Of a stretch of 56,672 nucleotides of DNA, positions 36,201-44,396 are shown piece after piece. Under the pieces are notes generated by a model. The model was not told the origin of the DNA. It did not search any database and worked only from the letters and a program-made list of their open reading frames with translations. The translations under genes were made by a program, and so were the position numbers. The stretch's first letter is position 1; every line of letters begins with the position of its first letter. Location of the stretch: positions 1 to 56,672 of IMG/VR virus record IMGVR_UViG_3300027747_000649; one strand, written 5' to 3'. Origin of the DNA: a virus (lineage: Duplodnaviria > Caudoviricetes).

Positions 36201-36529
36201 ATTTTTAATAAGTCGGCAGCACTAAAATTTGTACCAAGGGCATCGTTAATTTTTTTAACAAACGACGGGTCTTTTAGCTTGGTTTGAAAAGTGGAGTTGT
36301 TTGTCTGATTGGCAGTGTTTGTTAGCTTATCAACAGCAGCTTGGCTAATAGGTTGGATGTTTCCGCCACTATCTTCATACGTCCAATTGCCATCTTTGTC
36401 TTTAGTGTATGTAAGGCCATTAATAGTGGTGGAATATCCGTAATCAATTTGCGTTCCAGTATCATCCACAAAATATCCGGGATACTCTAAAACACCATTT
36501 TCATCGTATTGGTCTGGAATCCAAGGCAT
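33296..36529 (-). CDS. Putative internal virion/ejection protein with Q/A-rich repeats
   Basis: 1077 aa; GDGMSDSIPA domain, YMNPY motif, NQ[FY]QAP and EASRQFG repeats. Confidence 0.65.
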   Translation of the reverse strand: MPWIPDQYDENGVLEYPGYFVDDTGTQIDYGYSTTINGLTYTKDKDGNWTYEDSGGNIQPISQAAVDKLTNTANQTNNSTFQTKLKDPSFVKKINDALGTNFSAADLLKMGTAGLGAVLGGSGAFRANNKPVGYQGGIPDLVAEQPMLTAPPTDRRPGSGGINYGTGVKYTDKATGKVVSDTSTSVPDLMALLLANPHNEFNYKYGAPPAATTTTAPTTTTTTDTPKVSTIPDTHKASISSTEATAPTTPTTSTAPAVSDELKKFINWQGSQANQFGTGAISDVWKKQGITDPTSNSTILQNAQDQLDREARRRALTNSTEAAPWQVAANSTPTPEAAAHAAALAAHDAEVAKSSPFVIGGMAKGGLTNLDHGGFVIPADVVSHFGNGSSDAGLKLLEHKLGAKPIRGHGDGMSDSIPASIEGREKALVANEEAYVSPRMVAQLGDGDMDEGSRKLKHMMEKIRKARTGTTEQGKQINANNFMPGGSVGYARGGGIKSFAAGDTVASQANAGVVGTEQNLSSWIGPYVANMLAKAQAEANTPYKAYTGPLTAGASTLQQQAFTNAGNLSVPSSVGQAQTTMGQIGQKAQNLNYTPTQFGNQFNAPAAYQASGAPQYNQLNAGNVSSSFQAPSAYQTGNFANQYQAPAAYQTGNFQNQFQAPVQSAATNFTNQYQAPSNYQNTNFTSGTFDSGAAQQYMNPYLQQSLNPQLEEARRQADITAQQNNAAMTKAGAFGGSRQAILTAENQRNLGTNLSNITGQGYNTAFTNAMGQFNADQARNMQAQQAAEQSKQFGANQSMTAAQMMAQYGMSAQQAQEAARQFNQQQNMTGAQSAAQYGLAAEQAREASRQFGSNQGMTAAQLMAQYGLSAQQAQEASRQFGASQALQAATTAGSQGLQAALANQQAGLTAGQGNINAALEAARQAEASRQFGASQGMTAAQQAAQYGLAGQQASEASRQFGANLGLQGLNTGLQAAQAQGNLGIASGGLNLQNLQQQAALGATQRGIQSEGIAADKAQFDEARKDPFTKLQFQQSMLNGLPITAQNYAMAQPNGLQGAAGGASTIGQLLKALGVPGY

Positions 36530-36530
36530 A

Positions 36531-38333
36531 TCAGCTCCTCAATAATTGCAAAAGAGCGTGGATGTCGCCGCCGCTCGAATAAATTTGACCGCCTGTTGCA
36601 GCTTCAACAACATCGGTTTGGTCTTGCGCCGAGGAAGCAGGCGTATGGTCGTAAATGCTACCACCAAACAGCTCTTCCAGTGATTTTATGTGTGCCACAT
36701 CATTTTTCATCTTTAGCACATCCAACGGGTCTAAGCCAATTCGCGTTGCAGTTGGTGTGGATGATGTTGTGGGCGTGCTGGCCGCAGGCGTAGTGGTTTG
36801 CGTGGCAGGGGTAGTTGTTTTGGTTCCGCCAACAGGAGTTGTTGTTTTAGTTCCGCCCGGGTTATTTCCAGTACCACCAGTTGCGGCTACGTAGCCAGAG
36901 TTTGCGGTATTTAAAATACCGTTTTGCACCATCTGGTCAACTTGGGTTTTGGTTAACGAGTAAGGATCACCGTTTTCGTTGGTAGCAATCGCAGTGCCGT
37001 CATCTTGAACCATGATGCGATCTGTGCCCACAGTCTGCCATTGGCTTGTGTACCCGCCTTTATCAATGATACTTTGCAAATTCTTGGTGTAAGAATCCCA
37101 TTGCGCAGGGTCAATGTTTAAATTTTGTGGCGCATACGTAGAAACATCGACACCCTTAATGGTTTTCCCAGTTACAGGGTCTGTTGTTTCTTGTGCATAT
37201 AACGCAGCCCAGTCGGTTGCGGCTTCATCAATTGTCACGCCAGCTTTTTCAAGTTGCTTAATGATGTCTTGAGTTCTGGCGTCTATTGCGGGTTGGTCAG
37301 CTTCCGCGCTTTTTTGTTGATTGCCAACCGCCAAATCAAGCAACGCATTTGGGTTTTTGCTTTCATATGGAGACAAGCTATCAATAAAATCTTTTGCTTG
37401 CGGCCCAGACATGCCCGCATCGGTTAGGGTTTGAATAACGTCTTTGTTTGCGGAACCAGCAACACTTGTAATCGCGCTAAGAACAGATTGCAAATTGCCT
37501 TTGCCAGACAAGATGGACTGAGCCAGCTTTGCATTTTTAGCCAGATCACCTAGCGTGTAGCCCGTATCGCCAATTTGCGTGCTTCCAGCTCCAGATAAAC
37601 TTGCAGCGCCGGTGATGGCGTTCATCCAATCGCCTTTTTCCGCTGCTTTTACAGCGTTAGCGGCAGTCATTACTTGCCCAACGGTAAACCCAGTATCCCC
37701 AATACCCAAGTTACCCGCACCGCCAAGCCCACCCGTAAAAGCACCCTTAAGAATATCCCCGCCAGATATTGCGGCCCTACCTGCGCCAAGTGCAGCGCCA
37801 CCTGCAATTTGGCCTGCTGTGCCAGACAAACCAAATAAATTTTGGCCTACACCTGCTGCACCACCAAAGCCAGCAGTCAGGGCAGACAATGCAACCATCT
37901 TTGCAAAATCGCCAAATCCGTCATGTTGATCATTATTTGTGTAACTAACATTTCCTTGCGCGTCTAAAACTGGTAGCCAATGATGCCCATTTTGATAAAA
38001 CTCTTTACCGTAACCAATTTGGAAATCACCGTTTTCGCCATATGTTGCATCAAAAATTTGATTACCTACTTTTAATGGCGCTGTATACGTAGTTGGACCA
38101 GCATGAATCTCAAGTTGTTGGCCGTAATCTTGGTCTCCCGTAGAATATGAAGACTCATTTTTTGTAACTTTGTCGCCTTTTGCGTTGTAATAAAACGAGG
38201 CGGGCACAGGGTTACCATCATTATCGGTAGTCATCTCTGTGGTATTTGCTTTTGCCAATGCAAAATCTAAAGGCGAAAATATTGACTTTGGGCCTTGATT
38301 TTGAATTGCTTGTGCAGCTACGGTTTTAGCCAT
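36531..38333 (-). CDS. Putative internal virion protein
   Basis: 600 aa, G/A-rich hydrophobic stretch, T-rich linker. Confidence 0.55.
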   Translation of the reverse strand: MAKTVAAQAIQNQGPKSIFSPLDFALAKANTTEMTTDNDGNPVPASFYYNAKGDKVTKNESSYSTGDQDYGQQLEIHAGPTTYTAPLKVGNQIFDATYGENGDFQIGYGKEFYQNGHHWLPVLDAQGNVSYTNNDQHDGFGDFAKMVALSALTAGFGGAAGVGQNLFGLSGTAGQIAGGAALGAGRAAISGGDILKGAFTGGLGGAGNLGIGDTGFTVGQVMTAANAVKAAEKGDWMNAITGAASLSGAGSTQIGDTGYTLGDLAKNAKLAQSILSGKGNLQSVLSAITSVAGSANKDVIQTLTDAGMSGPQAKDFIDSLSPYESKNPNALLDLAVGNQQKSAEADQPAIDARTQDIIKQLEKAGVTIDEAATDWAALYAQETTDPVTGKTIKGVDVSTYAPQNLNIDPAQWDSYTKNLQSIIDKGGYTSQWQTVGTDRIMVQDDGTAIATNENGDPYSLTKTQVDQMVQNGILNTANSGYVAATGGTGNNPGGTKTTTPVGGTKTTTPATQTTTPAASTPTTSSTPTATRIGLDPLDVLKMKNDVAHIKSLEELFGGSIYDHTPASSAQDQTDVVEAATGGQIYSSGGDIHALLQLLRS

Positions 38334-38334
38334 A

Positions 38335-38592
38335 TCAAACCTTCACTTTCAGTACGTTGCCTGCGGTCGTGTCTCGGTACACATCGCCCAAGCGCAGCGT
38401 AGCCAAAGACGCCTCGGTTGGCAAGGTTTTTAAATTGATGTTTAAACTGGCAATGTTGATGTGTTGCACCGCGTTAATTTGATTAAAAAACAAATTCAAA
38501 ATGTTTTGCATCTGAGCCATGAAACTCTGGTCATACTGCGTAGGGGCCGCCGTAGGCCGAGGCGTAGCGACGTTGCTGAACAAGCTACTCAT
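38335..38592 (-). CDS. Small tail-associated protein
   Basis: 85 aa, LPT...LRLGDVYRD...LKVK; coupled to the tail gene. Confidence 0.6.
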   Translation of the reverse strand: MSSLFSNVATPRPTAAPTQYDQSFMAQMQNILNLFFNQINAVQHINIASLNINLKTLPTEASLATLRLGDVYRDTTAGNVLKVKV

Positions 38593-40457
38593 GTGTTACC
38601 CCTTCCGCCATCTTGACGAATGTCCAAACGATGTGAACCCATCTGCCATGCGCAACCAATTTGGTTGGACTCCATAGTCAAAATCATCTGTCGTCCACGC
38701 ACTCGGATAAATACTTGGCCTGTAAATGCCTCAATTGGAACCGTGGCAGATCGAACGATTAATGCATTGCTGTCCCCGCCAACGGACTGCGGGCTGTTGT
38801 AGCCAGAGCCTGAGTTTTGCATAGGGGTTAAAGTCAATGTAACCTGAGGGTTGGCAGCAGTGGACCCGTTGAATGTCATGTCTGGCAGAATACGGCGCAC
38901 AAAACCAAACCGATCACCGTCATCGATGTCAAACTCGCTTGTGGAGATCATGGCGTAAATAGGCAGTGTGGTTGCTGTTTCGTTGTCATCCAAACCAAAC
39001 TCGTGGTTAACGATGTTGTAACTGTATGTCGCGGCTATTGGGTAGTTGCGCAAGCCTGAATCAAACCATGCCGTCCTTGCCATAGTGCCGTAGGCCCAAA
39101 CATCTTCTGCGTAGTTGTAAGTAACGTACCTGTCAATTGTTATGGAATTGGACGAACAATAGAAAAACCAAATCTCGTTAAAGCCTTCATTGGTTGTGGC
39201 AAAGAACTGCGATGACTGCGACAAGTTGATGTCGTTGTAAATGTACTGGCGCAGATCACAGCGCAACGTTTGCACCCGGCCATCGTATTTGTAGAACTTG
39301 TCTACGCCCATCCAATAAGCGGTTCCAGATGCCAGAGCGGCGGTATTTTGACCGGCAATTGACACGTTGTCGCCAAGCAACTGCGAACTCCAAACCGCTG
39401 GCGGGCCAACGTATTGAAGTGAATAAAGCGATGAATCTGTGTACACCAAAATCTCTTGGCGAGATTGAAGCACTGAGACAATTTTGGAGCCGTGCGACAA
39501 ACGCAAACTACCAGCCTGATTGGTTGTTGAGGGATACCATTCCAAATAATCTTCTTGGTTAGACCACCGGATCAACATGGGGTCAAGGGCGGAGTCTGCG
39601 TAATCATTTGTTCCAAACACAAACGTAAAACGGGAGGCGTCTGAAATCAAAATTAAGTTTTGAATCAGAGGCACATAAGAGGCGCTTGGCAAGCCGGAAA
39701 TTAACACGCCTCGGGTTGTCAATGAACCACTGGACTTCCAAACGTATAAAGCACCGCCATTTGGCCCAAAGATTAAATCTCCGCCAAAGTTGTTCTGACT
39801 CCAAATACGCATCTGGGTACTGCTTGCAGTTCCATTACCCCATGTTCCAGACCCCCAAGAGCCTGCGCCCCAGCCAACCAATGGAATTTGATAAGCTGAT
39901 CCAACATTAATCTGGTAAGCGGCAAGCACGGATGACCCACCACCTGTTGCAGTAGATGTGGCCGCTGTAGCCGATTGAATTGAATATGTTGTGGTGCTGA
40001 CGCCAATGTTGGTAATCTGATACTCGCCGTTTAAAGTAAGTCCACCAACAGCAGTAGCGCCGCTAAAAGTTACAAAGTCACCATTTGACCACCCGCCAGT
40101 TGCGTCTGTAACAATTACAGTTTTTGATAAATTTGTAGTGGCAAATGGATTTGTGCCCAGCAATGCTGCGGTCTTGCGTAACGGGGTGACGTCGTAGTAA
40201 ATGCCCCCGTTTTCAATGTAAAACTTCAGGTTTGTGCCAACACCCAACAAGTTTAAACCGCCAACCGTGATCCAATTCCACAAAGAACGGCATATGCCTT
40301 GAAATGTATTTGCAGATATGCGTGCCCACCCGCCAATTTTCTCGGGCGTACCTTGACGAAAACGGATTTTTTCTGACTCAAAATAGCCGTTTTCATTGGT
40401 GTAGCGGGTGTTCTCTCTATTTACACCGGCTTTCTGGACAAGTTTTTTTAAAGGCAC
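38589..40457 (-). CDS. Tail nozzle/stabilisation-type protein
   Basis: 622 aa beta-rich, IRWSNQED motif; podovirus tail position. Confidence 0.65.
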   Translation of the reverse strand: MPLKKLVQKAGVNRENTRYTNENGYFESEKIRFRQGTPEKIGGWARISANTFQGICRSLWNWITVGGLNLLGVGTNLKFYIENGGIYYDVTPLRKTAALLGTNPFATTNLSKTVIVTDATGGWSNGDFVTFSGATAVGGLTLNGEYQITNIGVSTTTYSIQSATAATSTATGGGSSVLAAYQINVGSAYQIPLVGWGAGSWGSGTWGNGTASSTQMRIWSQNNFGGDLIFGPNGGALYVWKSSGSLTTRGVLISGLPSASYVPLIQNLILISDASRFTFVFGTNDYADSALDPMLIRWSNQEDYLEWYPSTTNQAGSLRLSHGSKIVSVLQSRQEILVYTDSSLYSLQYVGPPAVWSSQLLGDNVSIAGQNTAALASGTAYWMGVDKFYKYDGRVQTLRCDLRQYIYNDINLSQSSQFFATTNEGFNEIWFFYCSSNSITIDRYVTYNYAEDVWAYGTMARTAWFDSGLRNYPIAATYSYNIVNHEFGLDDNETATTLPIYAMISTSEFDIDDGDRFGFVRRILPDMTFNGSTAANPQVTLTLTPMQNSGSGYNSPQSVGGDSNALIVRSATVPIEAFTGQVFIRVRGRQMILTMESNQIGCAWQMGSHRLDIRQDGGRGNT

Positions 40458-40465
40458 GGATTACC

Positions 40466-40535
40466 TCATGCGGTTAAGACACTGAGGGCGGTGTTGATGT
40501 AAGCAACCCTATCGTTGGGTCCGATTGTGCCATGA
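40466..40535 (-). pseudogene. Probable relic of a GH19-type endolysin C-terminus
   Basis: Reads NHGTIGPNDRVAYINTALSVLTA*, resembling the INGG-x-x-GL-x-DR C-terminal motif of GH19 phage lysins. Confidence 0.5.
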
Positions 40536-40566
40536 TTGAAGTTACTTGTCACCCCCGCCATTTGTA

Positions 40567-40595
40567 TTGTAAACGTCATTTTTAGCCTTTAGGAT
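40567..40595 (+). promoter_or_regulatory. Promoter for the antisense-oriented acidic gene
   Basis: TTGTAA-17 nt-TAGGAT, followed by hairpin AAATGCAGC/GCTGCATTT and AGGAG. Confidence 0.5.
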
Positions 40596-40631
40596 AGCAA
40601 ATGCAGCAATCCCGCTGCATTAGGAGCAAGC

Positions 40632-40835
40632 ATGTTTAAATTTGAAATGACACTGGGTTGGATGGGTAACGGCAAAATGACGATTGAAACTCATGACTTT
40701 GACATGATCGAAGCCCTGAAAGAATTCGTTGAGTTCCAAGAAGACAATGGCTGGATTGGCAACTGGGATGAAGTCGCAGTTGAAGAAGGCGAAGAAGAAG
40801 TTGCTGAAGAAGAGGCAGAAGAAGTTACTGAGTAA
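40632..40835 (+). CDS. Small highly acidic protein (moron-like)
   Basis: 67 aa, 22 D/E versus 3 K; AGGAG RBS; opposite strand to its neighbours. Confidence 0.7.
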   Translation: MFKFEMTLGWMGNGKMTIETHDFDMIEALKEFVEFQEDNGWIGNWDEVAVEEGEEEVAEEEAEEVTE

Positions 40836-41808
40836 TAACTTTAATCACACGGCCTCGGAATTCAATGGAATCGGGGCTGTGTGTCGTCACCAACTCAGGC
40901 AACAACAGTTTGCCATCCACAAACGTAAGAACGGCAAAGCCCGACCGCCAGTTGAGTGGACCGTGCTCGGTATAGTCTTCAAACTGTGGTCCGTAGGGCT
41001 CTGCAAGCGTACCAGTATCAATACCGTAGCGCACCCCGTTGTAGTCAGAAAATGGCGTGACTTTTAAGCTGTGCAAGTGGCCTGTAACGATGTTCTTGCC
41101 TGACCACATGGTGTTATTGTGGGTAGCGTGGATTCCACCTTTGAAGCGGTGTTTGACAACAGTGTTGTCGTTTAGCCATACAGCCCAGCACGGCTCCCAA
41201 TCTGGGAAGTGGTCACGTAGGGTAAACCCTTTTACATGTTCATACTGCGGGGCGTTGGCAGCTAAGAACGTCTCAAATCGCGCGTCGTGATTGCCCAAAG
41301 GCCAGATCAGCTTGACGTTGTGACGGGCTTCTTTGGCGGCTTCTTCAATGTACCCCATGCAAATCGTACAAGCCTTGAGTTCTTCCATTACAGAAGGAGA
41401 CTTTGCCCAGCCAATGCGTGGGTGGCGAGAGATACCCGCCCCATCAAAAATATCGCCGTTGGCAATAACTGCGTTGGGCTTGAGTTCTTTGATAGCCCAC
41501 AAGAGGCCGTAGAATGCTGTGGAGTAGATGCCGGGCCAGAAGTGAGCATCACTGAACACAATCACAGTGCCGTTTAATATGCCAAGATCTTTTTTGGCGG
41601 GGTGAACGTGGGCCGTTTGAAGATGTGTGTATTGTTGGGTGGCTTGCGGCGCTGTGATTTTTATTTTTTCTTTTTGCTCAATACGCCTACGGCGTCTGTT
41701 TAGCCCTGACAAATCCATCCCAAGGGTGATACTTGCTTGGCGAACTGAACTACTGTTTTCAATTGCGCTGATGATTTCTTGATCTGTATATTTTTGGACG
41801 GGCATCAT
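40825..41808 (-). CDS. Calcineurin-like metallophosphoesterase with N-terminal HTH
   Basis: SDAH, NGDIFD, GNHD, KH, GHLH motifs. Confidence 0.85.
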   Translation of the reverse strand: MMPVQKYTDQEIISAIENSSSVRQASITLGMDLSGLNRRRRRIEQKEKIKITAPQATQQYTHLQTAHVHPAKKDLGILNGTVIVFSDAHFWPGIYSTAFYGLLWAIKELKPNAVIANGDIFDGAGISRHPRIGWAKSPSVMEELKACTICMGYIEEAAKEARHNVKLIWPLGNHDARFETFLAANAPQYEHVKGFTLRDHFPDWEPCWAVWLNDNTVVKHRFKGGIHATHNNTMWSGKNIVTGHLHSLKVTPFSDYNGVRYGIDTGTLAEPYGPQFEDYTEHGPLNWRSGFAVLTFVDGKLLLPELVTTHSPDSIEFRGRVIKVITQ

Positions 41809-42221
41809 AATTTCCTACGCCAATACAGCGTGTTTTTGAAGCCCCAAGGCTTCGTCGGTTGGAACAACTTAAAACCTGTGGCAATTAAACTGTTTGCCGA
41901 TGCCGGATTGTCGGTTGTATCAGTTACGACCCATCTCCACCCAAGAGCTTTTGCCTGTCGGAGGCGGACACGAATAAACTGTCTCTGTAATCCTTGTCCA
42001 CGAGCAGCAGGAATAACACCTGCGCGACACAGATACCCGCAATCAATCCAACTAACGGTACGAACAAGGCCCGCAAAGCCAATATCCACACCATTCTCAG
42101 TAGCAATCCACCAAGAACCAAAATTTGTGTCAACTGGCTGGTCATAAGGTAAGCAAATCTTTTGAAGTGCCGACAGCTTGTCCTGAATTGACTCTTTGCG
42201 AATGTCTACTCGTTTAAGCAT
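41805..42221 (-). CDS. GNAT acetyltransferase
   Basis: VIPAARGQGLQ acetyl-CoA motif, NPAS...GFK. Confidence 0.85.
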   Translation of the reverse strand: MLKRVDIRKESIQDKLSALQKICLPYDQPVDTNFGSWWIATENGVDIGFAGLVRTVSWIDCGYLCRAGVIPAARGQGLQRQFIRVRLRQAKALGWRWVVTDTTDNPASANSLIATGFKLFQPTKPWGFKNTLYWRRKL

Positions 42222-42252
42222 GAGCGTATTGAAAACGCTCGGTGTGACGCCG

Positions 42253-42762
42253 TTATGACATTGATAATGCAGTTGCGTTTACTTCTTTGACCCTGCGCTC
42301 CCATCCCTTGCCAAATGTTTGCCACGTTTGGAGCATTTTGAGATACGCTAAACGGTACGCACAATAATCGTTGATAAGTTCTTTTGCGTCTTTATTTAGT
42401 ACAGCTTGGATTGTCTTGTCGCCAATAATGCCATCTGCGTACACGTTTACACAAGCTTGCAACCACTTGGCGGCACGGCCCGGGCCTGAGTTAATCGCCG
42501 CATCAAACACCACGTAATCCACGCCTGCTGGCAGAGCATCGCCTTTGATCTTATCCCAGTACTTGTTCTTGTACAGCGGGCCAACATCAGCGGGGGTCAA
42601 GGCACGCATGGCTTTTTCGTCTACTGGGTGGCCGCAGTGTTCTTCCCAGACTGTCTTGGTACAGCCGAGGTTGGTCATGCCGCCCGGGTCTTTGGGATTA
42701 TTAACGTAGCCGCCTTCGTGTACGAGGACAGCGGCAAGGGCTTTGGGGAAATTGGCGTTCAT
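42253..42762 (-). CDS. Endolysin, GH108 family with peptidoglycan-binding C-terminus
   Basis: HEGGYVNNPKDPGGMTNLG, FDAAINSG, DGIIG, FGKGWERRV. Confidence 0.92.
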   Translation of the reverse strand: MNANFPKALAAVLVHEGGYVNNPKDPGGMTNLGCTKTVWEEHCGHPVDEKAMRALTPADVGPLYKNKYWDKIKGDALPAGVDYVVFDAAINSGPGRAAKWLQACVNVYADGIIGDKTIQAVLNKDAKELINDYCAYRLAYLKMLQTWQTFGKGWERRVKEVNATALSMS

Positions 42763-43169
42763 TTTCTGCCCTTCATATCAGCCAGCTTTTCAAGCGTGCG
42801 ACCGCCAAAGTAAGCGCCCATTACCAGCATGCCCCACTGCCCAAGCAAAGTAACGTAGGACTCAGCAATGTGAAAGCCTGTGCCGTCCATAATGGCCAAA
42901 GCAAGGTATGCGCTCAAGATGTAGACCAGCGTCAAAGGGCGCACGTTCTTGGACAGCCAAGAATCAGAAGCCATGTCGGCTTTCCAGCGATCCGAAGTGT
43001 TGGTCTGCTCAATCCCAACCAGCTTGGTTTCATTTGCCATCGCGGCAAGCTCCCCGTTTTGGGCCAGCACCGCCAGATCAAGTTGGGCCTTGGCTTTGGC
43101 TTCAGGATCGGGAATCAGTTTGTCGATAAGCTTGCCACCGATATTTAGTATTGCATCGAGTCCAAACAT
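42759..43169 (-). CDS. Holin (3TM, gene-transfer-release type)
   Basis: GKLIDKLIPDP...SWLSKNVRP...YFGGRTLEK; adjacent to the lysin. Confidence 0.8.
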   Translation of the reverse strand: MFGLDAILNIGGKLIDKLIPDPEAKAKAQLDLAVLAQNGELAAMANETKLVGIEQTNTSDRWKADMASDSWLSKNVRPLTLVYILSAYLALAIMDGTGFHIAESYVTLLGQWGMLVMGAYFGGRTLEKLADMKGRK

Positions 43170-43170
43170 A

Positions 43171-43470
43171 TCATCTGCCTTTCAGTCGTTCAAGAATAAT
43201 GGCAATGTCTTGCCGATTGTTTGCAATGTCGTCGCGGTTTTTTTGGATTTCTTTTTCCAAATCTTGACGTAGTTTTTCACGTGCTAACTCAGCACCTGAG
43301 TTTGGTGATTGCCTATTGTCTGACGTAACAACAAGGCTAATTTTGCTGTTGAGTATTGTGACCTCATGGCCCAGATTGGACAAAGCCGACATTAAGTACA
43401 CCACGCATGAAAACAGCAGTGGCAACAAAGCAAACGTGAGTTTTTCAATCAAAGCTCCTTTGTCGTCCAT
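43171..43470 (-). CDS. Membrane-anchored coiled-coil protein (lysis-module associated)
   Basis: One TM helix then coiled coil; AAGGAG RBS supports the MDDKG start. Confidence 0.6.
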   Translation of the reverse strand: MDDKGALIEKLTFALLPLLFSCVVYLMSALSNLGHEVTILNSKISLVVTSDNRQSPNSGAELAREKLRQDLEKEIQKNRDDIANNRQDIAIILERLKGR

Positions 43471-43481
43471 ATTTATCTCCT

Positions 43482-44060
43482 TTAAGGGCAAGGGCCAGCA
43501 ACAAATCCATTAGAGCCGCATATAGGTGGAATTGGTTTACACGGTCCAACTACATGTCCATCTGTACACCAATCAATTCGAGGTGACGCCAATCCACTTA
43601 TAAAAATTTCAGGTCTAACAGTTGCAGATTGACCAACAATGGGCGTGGCACTAAAAGTAACAGTAGAAACTGGACCTGCAACAAATTCTGGAGTAATAGG
43701 GCCTCGGAAAAACGGCGCTGGCAACACCACATTTGCATCAAGTCGAACTAATACAGGAGGTAATGGTACACATGGGCCAATCACAAACCCGTCTGTACAC
43801 CAATTAATGGGGGGTGTAGGGCCAACAACAACAATTGGTGGATTTGTAATGGCTGTTGGTCCAACCACGGGGCCAGTCACAAATGTAACTACAGGCGCAG
43901 ATGCAGGCGTTGCTTGAGTACCACTTGGGCCAAGCACAAAAGGGCTAGGCGGGACAGCATCAAAAGACAAACGTACAGACATGGTTCTGTCTTGAGGGGC
44001 AGGGTCTGAACCCACTCCGCAACCGGACAAAACAAGACACAAAAGCAATGCATATTTCAT
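43482..44060 (-). CDS. Pro-rich lipoprotein with internal duplication
   Basis: Lipobox LSGC; two WCTDGxVxGPC repeats plus a third CGSNGFVAGPC. Confidence 0.7.
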   Translation of the reverse strand: MKYALLLCLVLSGCGVGSDPAPQDRTMSVRLSFDAVPPSPFVLGPSGTQATPASAPVVTFVTGPVVGPTAITNPPIVVVGPTPPINWCTDGFVIGPCVPLPPVLVRLDANVVLPAPFFRGPITPEFVAGPVSTVTFSATPIVGQSATVRPEIFISGLASPRIDWCTDGHVVGPCKPIPPICGSNGFVAGPCP

Positions 44061-44131
44061 ATTGGTCTTTCAAATTTTAGGCAGACTTCAACCCTACAGG
44101 ACGGTCTGCCAGCGCCCCCTTTGCCCCGGAG

Positions 44132-44314
44132 TTACGGGTTGGGTTGTTCTGCTGGCGCGGCTTGCTCAGAGATTTGCGGCACAGCTTGATCGCGGATGAC
44201 TTGAACCAAGTCGGCCACTTGCTCATAAGGCGCTTTGCCCAGAGCAGCCAAGATCATGTTAATCGCGCCCAAAGACAGTGTCAGGTTAATGGGCGTTTTT
44301 TGCTCTTCGTTCAT
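44132..44314 (-). CDS. Small tail-fibre-associated protein
   Basis: INMILAALGKAPYEQVADLV...QAVPQ; GGAG RBS. Confidence 0.7.
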   Translation of the reverse strand: MNEEQKTPINLTLSLGAINMILAALGKAPYEQVADLVQVIRDQAVPQISEQAAPAEQPNP

Positions 44315-44330
44315 TTACAGTTCTCCAGTA

Positions 44331-44361
44331 CCGCTGAGACGGGGCAGCGGCGTAACCCCGT
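44331..44361 (-). promoter_or_regulatory. Predicted H-type RNA pseudoknot upstream of RBS
   Basis: ACGGGG-UUACG-CCGCUG-CCCCGU-CU-CAGCGG, then UACUGGAGA. Confidence 0.55.
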
Positions 44362-44396
44362 GTTATTTTAAACCTTGGCCCAAAAAAATGGCGTAT

